From IMG/VR virus record IMGVR_UViG_3300015171_000006, positions 1-55,093 of that record: DNA of 55,093 bases; one strand, given 5' to 3'. Of the stretch, positions 17,933 through 26,269 are shown piece after piece; the stretch's first letter is position 1, and every line of letters begins with the position of its first letter. Made by a program: the position numbers and the translations under genes. Source of the DNA: an uncultured virus (IMG/VR IMGVR_UViG_3300015171_000006) (taxonomy: Duplodnaviria; Heunggongvirae; Uroviricota; Caudoviricetes). A model generated the notes under the pieces. It was given only the letters and a program-made list of their open reading frames with translations. It did not search any database and was not told the origin of the DNA.

Positions 17933-18217
17933 TTATTGATAAATTAAACCCGCTGCGTCTATAAATATTTCTGGTTCTTTTTCATAATATTCATCAGGCC
18001 TGCTTTCGGCTACTAAAAATATTTGCCACCTTTTTGCCTTACTTATTTTACTGATAAAAATTCCTTTCATATACTGCACATTTTCTTCAACTACTTTTTT
18101 TCTCCATTCAGTTCTTTCTTCCTCTGTAAGCTCGTTTTCATCCAGCCGCCGGAACAGATAATCTTCTATCTGCATCTCATTGTATAACGAGCCGTTTAAG
18201 TATAGCTGGAGCTTCAT
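17933..18217 (-). CDS. Hypothetical protein
   Basis: 94 aa, start overlaps the recombinase stop. Confidence 0.65.
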   Translation of the reverse strand: MKLQLYLNGSLYNEMQIEDYLFRRLDENELTEEERTEWRKKVVEENVQYMKGIFISKISKAKRWQIFLVAESRPDEYYEKEPEIFIDAAGLIYQ

Positions 18218-19086
18218 AGTGCCGCGATTAATTTTTCAGGAATTAATACCGCTGATAAAATAACATCCGCTTGGGCTATCCGGCTGCTAAGGGTTTTCTT
18301 AGAAAGCTTTAAATAAAAATCTGCCGTGGTTTTTATTTGCTGATGGCCAAGAAAATCGCTTACATCTTTTATATCAATTCCGGCATCATGTAAATGCGTA
18401 GCCCTGCTGTGCCGAAGGCTGTGCGGCTTCACTGCACGGTTAATACCAATTCTATGTACTCCCTGCCAAAATACCTGCTGGATAGATCTTACAGAATATT
18501 GCTCATTATACTGGCCTTCAAACAACCATTTCTTCGGTTTATTTTTTTCGGCTATGTAATAGGATTTAAGAAGCTCCAGTGTGTCTGCAGGTATGGGAAC
18601 TTCACGATCTTTAAAACCTTTGGCGCCTTTTACCCTAAGCAGCCGGGTATCGCTTTTAATATGAGACAATTCAATATTTATAATCTCGCCAATGCGAAGG
18701 GCACAGGAATAAAATAATTGAATGATTGCCCGGTGTTTTAAATTTTGGTAAGAATTTACAAGCCTGCTAATCTCCTGGATGCTGAATATTTCCGGCAGGT
18801 AATTGGTAGCTCTCGGATATGGTATATCCTCAAAGTTTACAGGCTTTTTTAATACAAGTTTATAAAAGTGCCTGATAGCTGCTGTGAATTGCTTATGATA
18901 GTTTTGGTTTTTTATGGCGCCAAGAAATATTTTTATTTCCTCAAATGGCAGTGGCTTTGGCTTACCATTCATTGCATGAAGAAAAATACCCAGGCAACTT
19001 GCATAAGTCTCAATGGTGCTATCAGCATATTTTAACGCCGTTAGCTCAATTTTAAATTTCCGCATTAGCTCATCATACCGGGTCAT
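18214..19086 (-). CDS. Tyrosine recombinase, integron-integrase-like (SAM-like N-terminus, no I2 insertion)
   Basis: Y..STIETY; catalytic ALRIGE, GAKGFKDR, HSLRHS, LGH, Y; adjacent to attI/attC-like sites. Confidence 0.9.
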   Translation of the reverse strand: MTRYDELMRKFKIELTALKYADSTIETYASCLGIFLHAMNGKPKPLPFEEIKIFLGAIKNQNYHKQFTAAIRHFYKLVLKKPVNFEDIPYPRATNYLPEIFSIQEISRLVNSYQNLKHRAIIQLFYSCALRIGEIINIELSHIKSDTRLLRVKGAKGFKDREVPIPADTLELLKSYYIAEKNKPKKWLFEGQYNEQYSVRSIQQVFWQGVHRIGINRAVKPHSLRHSRATHLHDAGIDIKDVSDFLGHQQIKTTADFYLKLSKKTLSSRIAQADVILSAVLIPEKLIAAL

Positions 19087-19104
19087 AAGTAATTGATTTT
19101 TATG

Positions 19105-19137
19105 AATGTTCGTTTATAAGCTTGTTAAATGCAATGC
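19105..19137 (+). other. attI-like site
   Basis: GTTAAATGCAATGC (19124-19137) just upstream of the divergent recombinase, complementary 13/14 to cassette end 19487-19500; no hairpin upstream. Confidence 0.65.
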
Positions 19138-19144
19138 CTACCAG

Positions 19145-19453
19145 TCATTCAGTTTGGGCAATCAACGACAAGTCCTGACCATAGTATTGCATAAGGTTAC
19201 AAATTTGCGGACGGCTATCAATGTATTTCATCAATGCACAGTCTTTAGAATGAAACCAACTGACACCGTACCACGGCTGATAATGTTCCTCACAAAATTT
19301 GCAATCACATTCAACCTTTCCGATTTTATGCCGCCACTTAAAATCAAACGGAACAATTATTTTGTAACCGTTATCAATCCAATTTTTAGGTTTGCGTTTT
19401 GACAACTTATTGAAGTTGCCGCTGATGTGTATTCCGTTAAAATATCCTCCCAT
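19145..19453 (-). CDS. Cassette 1 gene: Cys/His-rich hypothetical protein
   Basis: CDCKFC...H..DC; fills the space between attI-like and attC-like sites. Confidence 0.7.
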   Translation of the reverse strand: MGGYFNGIHISGNFNKLSKRKPKNWIDNGYKIIVPFDFKWRHKIGKVECDCKFCEEHYQPWYGVSWFHSKDCALMKYIDSRPQICNLMQYYGQDLSLIAQTE

Positions 19454-19486
19454 AGTTTTAATTTTTAGTTTCTAATTAATAGCCCA

Positions 19487-19595
19487 GCACTGCATTTAAC
19501 AATGTGTTTTGCGTCAGTCGGGTAGAAGTGCAAATCCGAGCAGCGGTTTTCCAAATTCCCGCCCGAACGCAAAGCACCACCGTTATGTGTAATTG
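19487..19595 (+). other. attC-like site 1
   Basis: ...TTTAAC-N5-GTTTTGCGTCA...CGAACGCAAAGC-N6-GTTATGT; imperfect hairpin with a bulged base. Confidence 0.8.
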
Positions 19596-19670
19596 TTACC
19601 AGCATACCATTTTTCAGCAGACGGATAACTGTATTATTTTTTTTGCCCAAGCCACACATTTGTTTTCAAT

Positions 19671-20540
19671 TCAACTTTGGTAATTAATTTTATTAGCCGT
19701 TTCCAATTTCCTTAAATCATTCGTTCCGCAAAAGCCATTACATTCAATCAATGGCTTTACTTCCCTTCCCTTCATCATTGAAATATCTTTGATGTCTGGA
19801 TATTTTGGATGCGGTTTTAGAAAAACTAAGCCGCCGCCTTTGCTTTGGTCTTTCAGCATCGTTACCGGCTCTCCTTTTATATCGGTCAAATCATGCTCTA
19901 CTTTTGCCATTGCGTCAAACTTTTCAGGAAATTCCCTGCCTATCTTTTGCCAGTAACCAATACCGCCCTGAACACATCCGGTTTTCCAGCAGTTATTATT
20001 TAAGTACCCAAGTTTATAAGTAATAGGCAGTTCGATTTTTGTAAACAAATCGTTTGCCTTCTGAATTATTTTTATGCAATCTTTCTTTTTCAGCAATTCG
20101 TTTATCAAAGGGAAAATAGGCTTTGATGCAGGATGATTAAGTTTCATTGATAACGCCCTGTCAATTTCATCTATATCAAAACCGAATGCCTGATATGAAT
20201 AATTATTTTTTCTTTGCCAGCGTTCCCGTACTAATCGTTTCAGCATTTGAGAACACTTTGCCCCGGTGGAAACATTTAAAGAAACATTGTCATACCAAAC
20301 GTCTTGTATGCAGGTAAAATCTGGATTAGTTATTGTTTCAATCTCCTTACCATACCACGCCTGACAATCCTTTAAAAAACGGTAACTATCATCATCTTCA
20401 TTTTTAGTATCAATAAAAACAATTCTTGTGTTTTCTTCTCCAAACCAATCAATACATAGTTTACAAGTAACCGCACTTGTTACACCACCACTCCACCAAG
20501 CAATGACCGGAAATTCTTTATTTATTTTATCAGTCCTCAT
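19671..20540 (-). CDS. Cassette 2 gene: PP-loop (PAPS reductase/adenine nucleotide alpha-hydrolase-like) protein
   Basis: WWSGGVTSA, FIDTKNE..DSYRFL, CSQMLK, NNNC..GCV.GG.GYW, C-terminal CNGFC. Confidence 0.75.
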   Translation of the reverse strand: MRTDKINKEFPVIAWWSGGVTSAVTCKLCIDWFGEENTRIVFIDTKNEDDDSYRFLKDCQAWYGKEIETITNPDFTCIQDVWYDNVSLNVSTGAKCSQMLKRLVRERWQRKNNYSYQAFGFDIDEIDRALSMKLNHPASKPIFPLINELLKKKDCIKIIQKANDLFTKIELPITYKLGYLNNNCWKTGCVQGGIGYWQKIGREFPEKFDAMAKVEHDLTDIKGEPVTMLKDQSKGGGLVFLKPHPKYPDIKDISMMKGREVKPLIECNGFCGTNDLRKLETANKINYQS

Positions 20541-20630
20541 TTTAAAGTTTTAAATACATGCTCCGCAGCTTCAAAAAAATAATACAGCCGAACAATAGTT
20601 TTTCATAGCAGCGACATCAATTAGCACCCA

Positions 20631-20730
20631 CAACTACACATAACAAACGGTTTTGCGTCATTGCCAGGACACTGTATTATAATTTTAAGGCTCTGCGTGG
20701 GCAACGAACGCAAAGCCGCAGACGTTATTT
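20631..20730 (+). other. attC-like site 2
   Basis: CATAAC-N5-GTTTTGCGTCA...CGAACGCAAAGC-N7-GTTATTT; both arm motifs identical to site 1. Confidence 0.8.
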
Positions 20731-21285
20731 TATTACCAGTTTATCTTTGCAATTAAACCCATAAACCAGCATTGCAGCATCCCGCCCATGTTCATTCGTG
20801 CTTTCTTTCCATCCTGTTATTTTTTTAAAGAGCGCTGCATCCACTTTTGTTTTATTATTCCGTGGCGCCACCAGCTCAAATGGGATTTTATGATCACTTA
20901 AAAAATCTTCCCAAATTTTGCAGTCCCTCTTTATGCTTCCTGCACCTTGCAGCTGCTCCCTTCCTGATTCTCCAAACCAGTTTCTTTTCCGTGCATCTTC
21001 AAGCCGAACAAGTTTTATCATACCAATCCAATTGTGTACTTTATCCAATGCTTCATGTATCGTCATACTCAGCACCTGTATTAATATTTTCCCATTCCAA
21101 ATTGCAATCCCGGTGTTAACACCCGGATCAATCCCTATTACATAATCTCCCTTATGAATAATTTTTATTGATTTTTGTGAATTATTTTTTTTCTTTTTTG
21201 TGCTGATTCCATAATTAGGTTCGTCATCGCAAACAAGCCCTTTTGCAATTAATTCTTTAATATGTGATTGATCCCAACCTTTCAT
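20725..21285 (-). CDS. RuvC-like (RNase H fold) Holliday junction resolvase, putative
   Basis: VIGIDPGVNTGIA, E, NEHGRDAAML; typical position after replication genes. Confidence 0.75.
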   Translation of the reverse strand: MKGWDQSHIKELIAKGLVCDDEPNYGISTKKKKNNSQKSIKIIHKGDYVIGIDPGVNTGIAIWNGKILIQVLSMTIHEALDKVHNWIGMIKLVRLEDARKRNWFGESGREQLQGAGSIKRDCKIWEDFLSDHKIPFELVAPRNNKTKVDAALFKKITGWKESTNEHGRDAAMLVYGFNCKDKLVIK

Positions 21286-22451
21286 GTGGTGGCAAGATTT
21301 TTATTTTTTTCTTTTAAAAAATATTCCAGCACAGCCATCCGCATAAGCTGAGGTTTATCTTCCAGCACCAATTTTGTTTCGGCTCCACCCTGGTAATGTT
21401 TGTATAATTCCATATCTGAATGTTTATTGCCGCCGATCAGTTGACCCATTCGCTTTTTTATAATTTCAGGAGTAATGATCAATCCGGCCTTTTTTGATAA
21501 CTCAATAAAATGATCCGGCATAATAAGCCGGCTATCAAATCCACCCTCCATAAATCTTTCAAAGAGATAATCAAGATCAGCAACAGGCGCTGCGGTTTGT
21601 TTTTTTGAAGATTGATTTTGAATAATTTTATCAAATTGTTTCTCTAAGTTTGAAAGAAGAAAATGTTCGCTCAGCCATTTATCCGTAAAAGCATTTTCAA
21701 GAAAAAAGCGGAGCCGCCGCGGACCGGTATCCTGGTTCCATTCAATATTTTTTTCTGCAGCCCGTTTTTTTAACCGCTGAATAATCCTTTTAAAAATTTT
21801 AGGGTGCTCCCCATCAAAGCTTGGCTTTACTTTAAATTTTTCAAGCCCAAAATCAAACCATGCATTCACCAGCTCCTGCCAGTAAGGCTCAGGCGGTTCT
21901 TCAATTTTTGGTTTAATAACTTTTTTTTGGGGTGCCGGTTTATCCGGCACAACATTCTCTTTAATTTCATCTAATTTCTTTTCATTTACTTTACTTTCCT
22001 TTTGTGTACTAAATGTAGTTGGCGGAGTAGTTTCTTCTGAAGTTACCGGCGTTTCTTCTGAATTAACCAGCCAATATTCAGAAGAAACCTCAACTTTCCG
22101 CCGCAACTGCTGCATGACAAGTAACCATTGTTTTTGGATTCCATTTGAGGTTAGCACCATGTGCCCGTCAAAAAGTTTCTCATTAAATAAACCGTGTTTT
22201 AAGCATGACCGCAATATATCCATCACTAACGCACCGGTAATTCCCTTACCAACACGCTTAGCAATAGTAAATTGAGAAGTGTTTGTCCACTCCATAAAGT
22301 AACCATGCTTATAAACCATAGCCATTAATCTAATAGCTACATACCCGCCTTTGATACCACAATCCTCTTCGATCATAACTATCTTATCATCGTCAAAGAA
22401 GTCAACATCCAAAGGAAAATATTTAAGGTTATATTTATTTGGTCTTGCCAA
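21282..22451 (-). CDS. Replication initiator, DUF4373 N-terminal domain
   Basis: MARP.K..LKYFPLDVDFFDDDKI...G..G...VY..G...LTS.GIQKQW. Confidence 0.85.
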   Translation of the reverse strand: MARPNKYNLKYFPLDVDFFDDDKIVMIEEDCGIKGGYVAIRLMAMVYKHGYFMEWTNTSQFTIAKRVGKGITGALVMDILRSCLKHGLFNEKLFDGHMVLTSNGIQKQWLLVMQQLRRKVEVSSEYWLVNSEETPVTSEETTPPTTFSTQKESKVNEKKLDEIKENVVPDKPAPQKKVIKPKIEEPPEPYWQELVNAWFDFGLEKFKVKPSFDGEHPKIFKRIIQRLKKRAAEKNIEWNQDTGPRRLRFFLENAFTDKWLSEHFLLSNLEKQFDKIIQNQSSKKQTAAPVADLDYLFERFMEGGFDSRLIMPDHFIELSKKAGLIITPEIIKKRMGQLIGGNKHSDMELYKHYQGGAETKLVLEDKPQLMRMAVLEYFLKEKNKNLATT

Positions 22452-22454
22452 TTA

Positions 22455-23303
22455 TTAAAATTTTGGAAACTCTCTAATTTGTAAATGTTTTGGAAACTCA
22501 TTAATATCCCCGCCATGCCTGTCACTCATTTTTAACTGCCTTGAAAGATGGGTGCCCATTTGTTTCACGAATACAGGTACACCTTCTTTTTTGCATTGTT
22601 CAATAATACTTTCAATCCATTCTAACTTACATTCCCTGTAACCATATTTTACAGATGGATCGTTTGGTATTTTACCGTGGCCGCTTTCTCCCCCAACAAT
22701 TACCCAACCTATACCGTGATTTAAAATTCCCCATGTGGCTGAGTTAAAGCCAAATATTTTAAGTTCGCCCCAAAGAGGCTCAGCGGATATAAATTTTATT
22801 CCTGAAAATTCACTTTTACATAACTCATGTATCCTGCGTTGTCCGTATTGTGTGCCTACTGAGGTTCCTAACCAAATTGACTTTGTGTATTCACCATGTA
22901 AAAAATCTTCTGGCGTTTGTTTATCAATTCTTTCAGGACGTTTTGTAAGAATTTGCTTTATAATACCAGGCGTTTTTCTTGCTATATTCCAATATTCATT
23001 TCTAAAAGGATCAATCGCTTGATGGTAAACATCAGTAAGAGAAGAAGTGAACATTAAAGGATTGCTACCCTCCCTTACATGCGATTCTTTTTCTTTATAT
23101 TTTAATGGGAGATCAAATACAGTTTTTGTTTTAACTACTGTTTTAGGATCGTACCGTGTTCCATCCATTGAATCCCGATACATATAACAATATTTACAAT
23201 CAGAAACTTTTTTACCGTCCGGCTTTTCATCTACAACTTTGGTACAACCTCTTGCGATATTATGTGTCGCATCCGTCCATTGTATGTTTGTTTTTTCTGA
23301 CAT
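22455..23303 (-). CDS. DUF5131 (Gp37/Gp68) family protein
   Basis: T.IQWTDATHN...GCTKV...CKYCY, LTKRPER, FISAEPL, WVIVGGESG, PVFVKQMG. Confidence 0.9.
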   Translation of the reverse strand: MSEKTNIQWTDATHNIARGCTKVVDEKPDGKKVSDCKYCYMYRDSMDGTRYDPKTVVKTKTVFDLPLKYKEKESHVREGSNPLMFTSSLTDVYHQAIDPFRNEYWNIARKTPGIIKQILTKRPERIDKQTPEDFLHGEYTKSIWLGTSVGTQYGQRRIHELCKSEFSGIKFISAEPLWGELKIFGFNSATWGILNHGIGWVIVGGESGHGKIPNDPSVKYGYRECKLEWIESIIEQCKKEGVPVFVKQMGTHLSRQLKMSDRHGGDINEFPKHLQIREFPKF

Positions 23304-23319
23304 GGTTATACTGCGGTTT

Positions 23320-24486
23320 TTATAAAAACATTCCTAATTCTTTTTTTAATCTCTTCTCGGCCATCTTTATATAGGCCGGGTTTAATTCTATACCAATAAA
23401 ATTTCTGTTTAGTTTTCTCGCTACAAGTGCAGTAGTTCCTGCGCCCATAAATGGATCAAGTACAATCCCATTTTCAGCGCATCCGGCTTTAATACAATCA
23501 ACAATTAAATCCTGCGGAAAGGTTGCAAAGTGTGCATTAAAGTAAGGTTTGGTAGTTACTGTCCACACACTTTTTTTATTTGCCATTCCTGATCCAATCA
23601 AATTATCATACGCATCAAAATTGCCTGAATGACCAGTTAATTTTTTATCACCTGCGCCGCGGTGAGCATAGGCTTTAATACCACTTTCAGAACCCTGGTT
23701 TCCGCCCTTTATATCAATTCCATTTCGTGACATTCGCCCTGGTCCAACGGCTTTCATTGCACCATTAGTTTTGCCAGGTACTATATCACTTCCTTTTTGA
23801 TCCTCTATTTGCTGCATCATTCTCTTAACGGTACTATCTTTTACAGGCGTTCTTATAGCATCAATATCGTAGTAATACCTAGGAGACTTGCTTAATAGAA
23901 AAATATATTCATGAGATTTTGTACAGCGGTCTGTAACGCTCTCTGGCATTGGATTGGGCTTGTTCCAAATAATATCCTGCCGCAAGTACCAGCCATCTTT
24001 ACGGAGGGCAAGTGCCAGAGTCCATGGAATGCCAATTAAATCTTTCGCTTTGATATCACCTGATGCCGGTATGTTACCACCTCCCCATCTGCTAACGCCG
24101 TTTACATTTCTTCCACGTTTACTTTTTTGCTGTTTACTAAATTCATAATTTCCTATGCCCTCAATTGAAGATGCAGACATTGATTTATGCACCCAGTTAG
24201 TATTAGAGCCTTTTTGCTGCCCGTTCATTCTTCCTGCATAAGAATCTCCCATATTCAACCACAGTGTGCCATCATTTCTAAGCACTCTTTTAGCCTCTCT
24301 GAATATTAATACCATTTTTCTGACATATGCTTGCGGTAATGCCTCCAGACCCAATTGTCCGCTAACTCCATAATTTCTTAACCCATAGTATGGCGGAGAG
24401 GTAACAATGCAATGAATACTTTTATCAGCAAAAGTTTTTAAAACTTTTAGTGCATCACCAGGATATATTTTATTCACAGCCATCAT
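23320..24486 (-). CDS. DNA amino-methyltransferase (N4-C/N6-A, beta class)
   Basis: VTSPPY, IIWNKPNPMPES, HFATFP, VLDPFMGAGTT, IGIELN. Confidence 0.93.
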   Translation of the reverse strand: MMAVNKIYPGDALKVLKTFADKSIHCIVTSPPYYGLRNYGVSGQLGLEALPQAYVRKMVLIFREAKRVLRNDGTLWLNMGDSYAGRMNGQQKGSNTNWVHKSMSASSIEGIGNYEFSKQQKSKRGRNVNGVSRWGGGNIPASGDIKAKDLIGIPWTLALALRKDGWYLRQDIIWNKPNPMPESVTDRCTKSHEYIFLLSKSPRYYYDIDAIRTPVKDSTVKRMMQQIEDQKGSDIVPGKTNGAMKAVGPGRMSRNGIDIKGGNQGSESGIKAYAHRGAGDKKLTGHSGNFDAYDNLIGSGMANKKSVWTVTTKPYFNAHFATFPQDLIVDCIKAGCAENGIVLDPFMGAGTTALVARKLNRNFIGIELNPAYIKMAEKRLKKELGMFL

Positions 24487-24688
24487 TTATAATAATTTTA
24501 AATACGGATTCTCTTACTTCATGAGAATAGTGATAAGTCCATAAATCAATAAGTCTCATCCTTCCATAGGAAGGAATAAAATGCCTTTATGGCAATTCTC
24601 TCCTCGAGAGAAAGTGTTTTATAATATGTAATAAAACTTCGCTTCTGCGGCTTAGAATTAATAAATTTTTTCTTTCTGCTTCCCATAA

Positions 24689-25429
24689 TCAAAATGCTGT
24701 TTTATTAAACAATAATTCCATTCCTGCAGAAGCAATGTGCACCGGCTTTCCGGTCTGCTCTTCTACTTCACGCTTAAATCTTTTTTCGTCACTGTTGCCA
24801 TCGCTAAGATGAATGAGCACAATGTTATTTACCTTGCTCAAATCATTGGCGCCAAGCATTTGTTTGCACGTTGCAAGGCTCATGTGAGAGGTGATCACAC
24901 GGTCTCTTAAAAATTTTGGGTTCATACCATCAGCCACTCTTTTATCCAGTATGGTTTGGCAATAGTTGGCTTCAATTATTATATTGTTTAGCCCGCTAAA
25001 GGTGTACTCGCAGTAATAGCTGTCGGTAACAAACAGCACCTTGCCACATTCATCATGGTATATTAAAAAGCCAACCGGCTCAGCCACATCATGCTTTACA
25101 TCAAAAGGCTTTATCCTGAAATTGCCGATCCTGAATTCATCCCCGGAAGAAGTAATAACAGCCCTGTGATGATTTACTAATCCTAATGCCTTAAAAGTTC
25201 CTTCTGTTGCATATACATTTATGCCGGCAGCAATTACCTGGGCAATGCTTTTGGAGTGATCTCCATGCTCATGCGTAACCAGGCAGCCGGCAATTTTTTT
25301 AATATCAAAATTCACTGCCTGCTTAATTTTATCAAAGTGAACCCCGCACTCTATCAGCAATGCTTCCTTGTCATTTTCCAGCAGGTATGCATTGCCGGCC
25401 GAGTTGCTATTGATTACTTTTAATTTCAT
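24689..25429 (-). other. MBL-fold metallohydrolase/nuclease
   Basis: SNSAGNAY, THEHGDH, HD, TD, EANY, SHMS, LIHLS. Confidence 0.9.
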
Positions 25430-26239
25430 TTAAAAGCCCATTTTTTCTTGATTGTTAACAAAGTCCATTGTTTGGCCGCCGGTTGTGTCAGTCATAACCG
25501 CCTCCTGAAAATCCATAGGTCTTGAGTTGCCATTTGCTTTTATTTCATCCTGCACCTGATCTGCAGCATCATCGTTTTCAATTGCGTTGATCATTTCCAC
25601 AGAAAGGATTCCCCAATGAGTTAGCATGTTTTTAAGCACAGTCTTTTTTGCCATTGCTGAAAACTCTTTTTGCCATGGGCCATAAGGCTGGCTATAAGAA
25701 GGGCTGTACTTACTTGCATGAGCCATAACTTTTTCTTTGGTCATGTAAAGTGTTTTTGAAAAACCGTTGTGCAATTCCATGTAAGCAAAATATCCTATCA
25801 CCTTATCACTTGTAGCCTGTCCGTTTACATCAAACTCACCGGTAAGTTTATTACGTGTGCGATATTCACCTTCATATACTTCATCGCAGTTAAGCGTTTT
25901 ATAATTACCTGTGCGCAAAGCCAATTGCACATACCCTTTATATCCAATCTGGAACTCTGGTTTTTGTTTGTATGCAATTACATAAGCAAAGCCAAGGTTC
26001 TTGTTAATTGGAAGCTTTAGCAGGGCTCCTTTAAGAGCTTCTTTTATTATTGACCCCGGGTTACATTGCTGCAGGTTGGTATCGCTTGTAAATAAATCAA
26101 TCAGCGAGGCAATGAATGATCCTGTATTCTCACCAAGGGCATTTTTAAACTGCGCCTGCACACTATCAGAATACATCATATTTTTTAGTGTGTCTACTTT
26201 TGATACGGCCACTTGCTGGCCGTTGTTATTTTGTTCCAT
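25430..26239 (-). CDS. recT: RecT-family single-strand annealing protein
   Basis: LGFAYVIAY, FQIGYKGYVQLALRTG, AMAKKTVLK. Confidence 0.9.
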   Translation of the reverse strand: MEQNNNGQQVAVSKVDTLKNMMYSDSVQAQFKNALGENTGSFIASLIDLFTSDTNLQQCNPGSIIKEALKGALLKLPINKNLGFAYVIAYKQKPEFQIGYKGYVQLALRTGNYKTLNCDEVYEGEYRTRNKLTGEFDVNGQATSDKVIGYFAYMELHNGFSKTLYMTKEKVMAHASKYSPSYSQPYGPWQKEFSAMAKKTVLKNMLTHWGILSVEMINAIENDDAADQVQDEIKANGNSRPMDFQEAVMTDTTGGQTMDFVNNQEKMGF

Positions 26240-26269
26240 ATTTAAAAATTTGTTTAGTTTAAAAAATAA

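Noticed and set aside
19465-19659. 64-aa ORF
   Set aside because: It spans attC-like site 1 and the cassette junction; likely incidental.
24546-24686. 46-aa minus-strand ORF between the MBL hydrolase and methyltransferase
   Set aside because: Plausible position but too short and featureless to support; may be a gene remnant.
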